A stretch of DNA of 64,000 bases from Epithemia pelagica (taxonomy: Eukaryota > Protista > Bacillariophyta): positions 2,542,001 through 2,606,000 of the forward strand of contig OX337241.1 of assembly GCA_946965045.2 (NCBI GenBank), given 5' to 3'. Shown here piece after piece: positions 59,190 through 64,000 of the stretch (within the stretch, counting starts at the first letter, position 1; every line of letters starts with the position of its first letter). Below the pieces are notes generated by a model. It saw only the letters and a list, made by a program, of their open reading frames with translations. It was not told where the DNA came from and searched no databases. The position numbers were made by a program, and so were the translations under genes.

Positions 59190-60191
59190 CTAGGTTTCAT
59201 CATTCCCTTTATCATTCTGGCGCGTATTGGGCCTTGCCCGTTTACGAGCTGGTGTCCAGATGGAGAAGGGTGAGATATCAACATCTCGGATACCCTTACA
59301 TTCAAGAGAATGATACCATCCGTTCAATTGCTGCTCAAAGAGTCGATGAAAACACCACGAATTCCTATCCATAAGTGGTAATGTCGTGCAGGACAGATCC
59401 TCCTCTTCACTAATCACGGCAACTTGATTGGCAACAGTCACCATACTGCAGCCAAGACGGCCTTCTCCGAGTGGTGGGAGATTCCACACGCGGTTGTGGT
59501 GCGTATCCAATACTTCGACGGTTTGACGGCTTCCTCCTGCCACAACCAAACAGGATCCCACGGCAACCACTCCACAAGAATACCGTGGGTCGGAAAGCAC
59601 CAAATCAGAATGAGTGGTCCAAGCGGACGAGAAGGAAATGACAGTAGACAAAGTGTCGTCGTTTCTCTCCTCTGCAAAGTCCAAATACTCCACCGAATCA
59701 AGATTGCCGTCCGCGTTTTCGCCTCCAATGACAAAGATGCGGTGACCAATGACTGCACTGACACAAAATGATCGAGGAACAATCATGGATGGTCCAGTAG
59801 TGACAATGTGATTGTCTGTATCAATAATATCCACCGACGACAAATAACAATGGCTGTAGCCACCCATTACAACGATGTATCGATTGAGAACCGCGACAGC
59901 ACAACATGCACTTCGTTCCGTTGATAAGCGGCAATTCAATGTCGTCCAATTACTCGCATGTGTGGGGCTTGTTGTTAAAGATGATTGTAGCAAATCATTG
60001 ACATCGATTCGTTCGATACAATCCCATTCTACAACTAGATCTCTTCCTCCCACAACGTAGACACCTCCGTTGCATACAACAGCACCATGTCCCCAACGTG
60101 TCTTGTTCATGGGCGGTCGTTCTCGCCACTGCATGTTTGGATCTGCTAGATTCAATGCAAGAACGGAATCTCGGCACCAACCTCCCATCAC
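59190..60191 (-). CDS. Kelch-repeat protein (N-terminus uncertain)
   Basis: Repeated GG...W units: VMGGW, VYVVGGR, IVVMGGY, IFVIGGE, LVVAGGS with W and R at expected spacing. The upstream frame hits TGA ~90 nt above the first Kelch strand. Confidence 0.88.
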   Translation of the reverse strand: MMGGWCRDSVLALNLADPNMQWRERPPMNKTRWGHGAVVCNGGVYVVGGRDLVVEWDCIERIDVNDLLQSSLTTSPTHASNWTTLNCRLSTERSACCAVAVLNRYIVVMGGYSHCYLSSVDIIDTDNHIVTTGPSMIVPRSFCVSAVIGHRIFVIGGENADGNLDSVEYLDFAEERNDDTLSTVISFSSAWTTHSDLVLSDPRYSCGVVAVGSCLVVAGGSRQTVEVLDTHHNRVWNLPPLGEGRLGCSMVTVANQVAVISEEEDLSCTTLPLMDRNSWCFHRLFEQQLNGWYHSLECKGIRDVDISPFSIWTPARKRARPNTRQNDKGNDET

Positions 60192-60787
60192 GACGACCGT
60201 TTGTCTCTTGTTGTTGCTGTTATTGTCTTTATCCGGATGACTGAAGCATGACGATGACGTCGTCCACCACCCTCAAGAGGAGGCCAGTCATTTTGATTCC
60301 ACTCTGGTGTCTCGTCCAAAAGGACAAGGCCCGACTGCCATGCTTGTTCTTTCAATGTCGTGGTCATGGTTTACTCAATTTCTTTGCTGAGCGACGCTCA
60401 TGTGGGAATGGGAGGTCAACATGGTGTCTGTCGTCCGACACACAGACCACTGTATCGCACATAAACTACATGACATGTCGTATCTTTTGTTCACTCAGAC
60501 ATGGTGTTTGACTTACTTCCTAGCGAAAATTTGAGTCATGAGATTTCGTGACTGCCTCTTTTTGTGCGTTCGTACATAAAAAGGTGTGATGAGAGGGAAG
60601 GGATAGAAGTGGAAGGGATCACTCTTCCGCTTGGGGTGTAGCGTATGATCACAAAAAGTAAAAAAAAATAGTTCTCAGATTTTTTTGCAGATTTGAGATT
60701 TGAGATCCACTTAACAGAATAAAGCCGGACGAAAAAGTACGTCTAAGGAGGTTTTTTGAAGATAAGTGACTGGAATTCCACCAACAG

Positions 60788-60968
60788 GCGCGTGACACAC
60801 GCCCAATAGGCGCGTGCAGCACCCCCAGAACATGGATCAAGCGCATTTGGCGCGTACGAAGCGCGTGGCGCTCCAGATTGCGCGTGAATGCGCGTGAAAC
60901 GTGTAGACAACGCGTGAAACGTGTTGACACCCGCGTGAGCATGTTTATTGTATGTGGAAACGCGTGCA
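60788..60968 (+). repeat. Cluster of same-orientation CGCGTG motifs (possible transposon subterminal repeats)
   Basis: Eight exact CGCGTG plus near-matches in ~180 bp. Confidence 0.6.
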
Positions 60969-61267
60969 CAGAGCCTAGCCTTTGCCTAGATACCTAACTA
61001 CTAGCTACACATATAGCACCTAGTATTCCAGTCGCACGTAAACTCCAAAAGCGACCCACAAATTTCTCCTCCACCACCAAATCACGTCACAGTGACATAC
61101 GAAGAACAATGGACACAAAATCACAGAAGAACGCTGAAAATTAGATTTTCCTCACACAACAACCACACGAAAGATATACTCTCCCACTTTTGTGATCACT
61201 TTTTGACGATAGAGTCATAGAGTGCCTCATCCAACTCACACCAACCCCCAACGCCCCAAAAAACACA

Positions 61268-61306
61268 CAGCAGCAGCAGCAACAACAACAACAACAACAC
61301 AACAGC

Positions 61307-61397
<91 letters not shown>

Positions 61398-61430
61398 CAA
61401 CAGCAACAACAACAACAACAGCTACAACAA
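61268..61430. repeat. (CAA/CAG)n microsatellite with ~30 uninterrupted CAA (61306-61395)
   Basis: Read directly. Confidence 0.95.
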
Positions 61431-61848
61431 ACAGGCGAACACAAAGAGAATCATTTCCTTTTTCAAATTGGAAAGGTGCTAGGTAAGCCAAGTCGACAAG
61501 ACAACAGTGAGAGTTCATTTTGTCGTTTTCCTATATGCCCACTAATCATTTTCTTCTGTTTCCATGAAAACCCAACCATGTGATCGCTGTTTGGCAACTA
61601 TTTCTTCCCTCCTATCATCCCACAAGACAATTTTCAACGCTCTGAACGACTGGATTGGTGGTTCTGTTTGAAAAAGGGCGAAGACACCAAGTTGGTGCAC
61701 CCATTTCATTCTCCCATCAATTTCCATCGACCAAAACTGGTTGGATTGCTGGATTGCCGCTACTTCTTCCCTCCTATTATCCCATAAGACCATTTTCAAC
61801 AATCTGAACGGTCGGATTGGTGAGGATTCTATTGAACAAAGGGCAAAA

Positions 61849-62443
61849 GACACCAAGTTGGTGCACCCACTTCCTTCACCCCTCCATCTCCATCGACCAA
61901 GACCCTGTTGGATTGCTGTGTTGCTACTCCTTCTTGATTGGAACGAGGGCCTAGACACCAAGTTGGTGCACCCATTTCCTTCACCCCTCCATTTCCATCG
62001 ACCAAGACCCTGTTGGATTGCTGTGTTGCTACTCCTTCTCAATTGGAACAAGGGCCGAGACACCAAGTTGGTGCACCCACTTCCTTCACCCCTCCATTTC
62101 CATCGACCAAGACCCTGTTGGATTGCTGTGTTGCTACTCCTTCTCAATTGGAACAAGGGCCGAGACACCAAGTTGGTGCACCCACTTCCTTCACCCCTCC
62201 ATTTCCATCGACCAAGACCCTGTTGGATTGCTGTGTTGCTACTCCTTCTTGATTGGAACAAGGGCCTAGACACCAAGTTGGTGCACCCATTTCCTTCACC
62301 CCTCCATTTCCATCGACCAAGACCCCGTTGGATTGCTGTGTTGCTACTCCTTCTTGATTGGAACAAGGGCCTAGACACCAAGTTGGTGCACCCATTTCCT
62401 TCACCCCTCCATTTCCATCGACCAAGACCCTGTTGGATTGCTG
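61849..62443. repeat. 105-bp minisatellite, ~5.7 copies, preceded by diverged ~167-bp related units (~61580-61848)
   Basis: GACACCAAGTTG recurs at 61849, 61954, 62059, 62164, 62269 and 62374, and at ~61682 (167 bp earlier). Confidence 0.95.
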
Positions 62444-64000
62444 ATTGGTGCATACCGCCGTATACCATCCATCATTATCTTGACAGATTCAACTGATCGT
62501 CGCGCTGTTTCCTTCGCGGCAGGAGAACGTGGGTCGCTATCCCAAAATCTATCCATCCTTGTCCAGTTGTTGAAACAGAGTATTGTCTCAAACAGGAAGA
62601 GGAAATCCAGATATGGTTCCCGCTCACCTTCATCCCAGATCGATGCATATGCCACAGGGTCATCGTTGAATACTGTTTCGCTCGTAACCTGTACCTCAAT
62701 GTGAGGTTCACAATATTGGTAATCTTCATTTTCCTGTACATGACCGGGCAGATTGTCGTTGATATTTGTGGTTATTTCTTCGTTCCTATCATCCACAGAT
62801 GAGTCATTCTCATCCGAATCGGATGAATCATCAGCGATACTGTGGTGTACAACCCGTTTCTTTTTCGATTGTCGTTGACGTTTATTGTTGGTAGAGGATA
62901 CGTTGTTTTGTCCAGCGCCCATTCGTTGTGGTTTTTTCTCTTTTTTTCTCATTGTTTTTTCTTTCTCTTCTGTTCTTTCTCTTCTTCCTTTTTCTTTCGT
63001 CTCTCTTCTTCTTCTTTGCACCATTGTTTCCACTCTGCAACTACTTTTTTCCATTTCTCCGCCATAGTCGAAGCGAAAATAAGATGACCACGAACAGAAA
63101 CACACAAAGCGGCTGAGACAAACATGATACCAACCCATTCATTGGCTGTTACCTTTGTAACATTACTGATACCTGCAGAGAAGGATGTTCTGGGGTACCC
63201 CCAACTAGAAGAATAAGAGAATACCGACTGCCGGTTGGCTCGGAAGAAAGAGATGTACAAGAAATCAAACATGGCTTTTTCTCTCATTGTCATCAGAGCA
63301 AAGAAATCAGTCATGATATATTTCATGATCCCCGATTTCAAAGTATGTAATACATCACAACATGCCGCGGTAAAAATCCCATGTGTTTTATTAACACCCT
63401 CACCCAAATACAAATGGTTGTAGATGTTGTTCACTGGGTATTGTCCAATCTGATGTAAAATTTTCTTGGAATTGTTCACAGGTTCTCTCCAAGGATCCTC
63501 TCTTGGATCATCTATACCGGGTTGTCCAGAATCGATAACTACTGGGTTTCCTGATGGTTTTTCTAAACCAAGCACACGGAGGCTTCTGAAATGGATAGGG
63601 TTTTTGAAGAGGTAGTTGCATGTGGACCATGGGTATCTAGACTCCCGAGGTGTGCAATCACACTGCCAAACAAGCCGGCCAACACTTTGATGATGAGATG
63701 CATATCTTCCTGCGATGTTATCTTGTGACTTCGCATCTCCCTTTATCATGATCACGGGTAATACTTATCTCACCACCTTCTCGATCCCATGGATCCGTAA
63801 TCGCATCCACAATCCACCTCGATTCTGTATCTTCAAAAGAGCTTGGTGTATTCGCGAGAGCTGTGCATGATAATTCCGACAGGGGGACCCCCTATCCAAG
63901 ATGTATTTGGCCCCAGATGACTTCCGTTCCATATCTGTGATCAACCCTAAGATGATTTGTCTATTCGGTTTTCGCATTTCAGACATCGTCAAAAATGAAG
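62401..64000 (-). mobile_element. Plavaka-like DNA transposase, decayed (TAA at 63767-63765, frameshift ~62960-62990, C-terminus lost); continues beyond the window
   Basis: Motifs NYHAQLSRI..GG, PVIMIKGDAKSQDNIAGRY, GIFTAACCDVLHTLKSGI, YPRTSFSAGISNVTKVTANEWVG, FETILCFNNW. Confidence 0.72.

Noticed and set aside
61141-61518. Poly-Q/poly-L/poly-C/poly-V ORFs
   Set aside because: Translations of the (CAA)n microsatellite.
61849-62443. CRISPR-like array
   Set aside because: Units are contiguous near-identical 105-mers with no unique spacers, and the context is eukaryotic.
11196-63767. Stop-codon reassignment explaining the many single in-frame stops
   Set aside because: All three stop types are involved, and intact genes here end normally in TAG (8651), TAA (19033) and TGA (42827 ends TAA; 20285 ends TGA). 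Decay or assembly error is simpler.

Overview
Eukaryotic genomic DNA, most likely a pennate diatom. This is inferred from short GT-AG introns, bipartite plastid presequences, a transmembrane guanylyl cyclase/phosphodiesterase fusion, RXL pro-motifs and the TE types present; the species cannot be named from sequence alone. The left 19 kb is gene-dense: Na+/H+ exchanger, tRNA-Gln, a LamG/Ig-repeat/TM/WW surface protein, a plastid acylphosphatase-like protein, a stop-interrupted P-loop NTPase + restriction-endonuclease-fold (Crinkler/CR-type) gene, a plastid SAP+PPR protein and CWC25. About 19-46 kb is a dynamic accessory island holding four secreted-protein genes that share one signal-peptide exon/intron cassette. 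Two of these sit head-to-head on a ~315-bp-arm inverted repeat and carry the same nonsense codon. The island also has a Tim17-family gene, a ~7.3-kb CRE-clade non-LTR retrotransposon, and a decayed LTR element with a nested PIF/Harbinger MITE. The right part holds a 5'-nucleotidase-C-like orphan protein, a 6-exon GC/PDE fusion, a Kelch protein and a decayed Plavaka-like transposase ending in a 105-bp minisatellite and a (CAA)n tract. All family calls come from motif recognition by eye; no searches were run.
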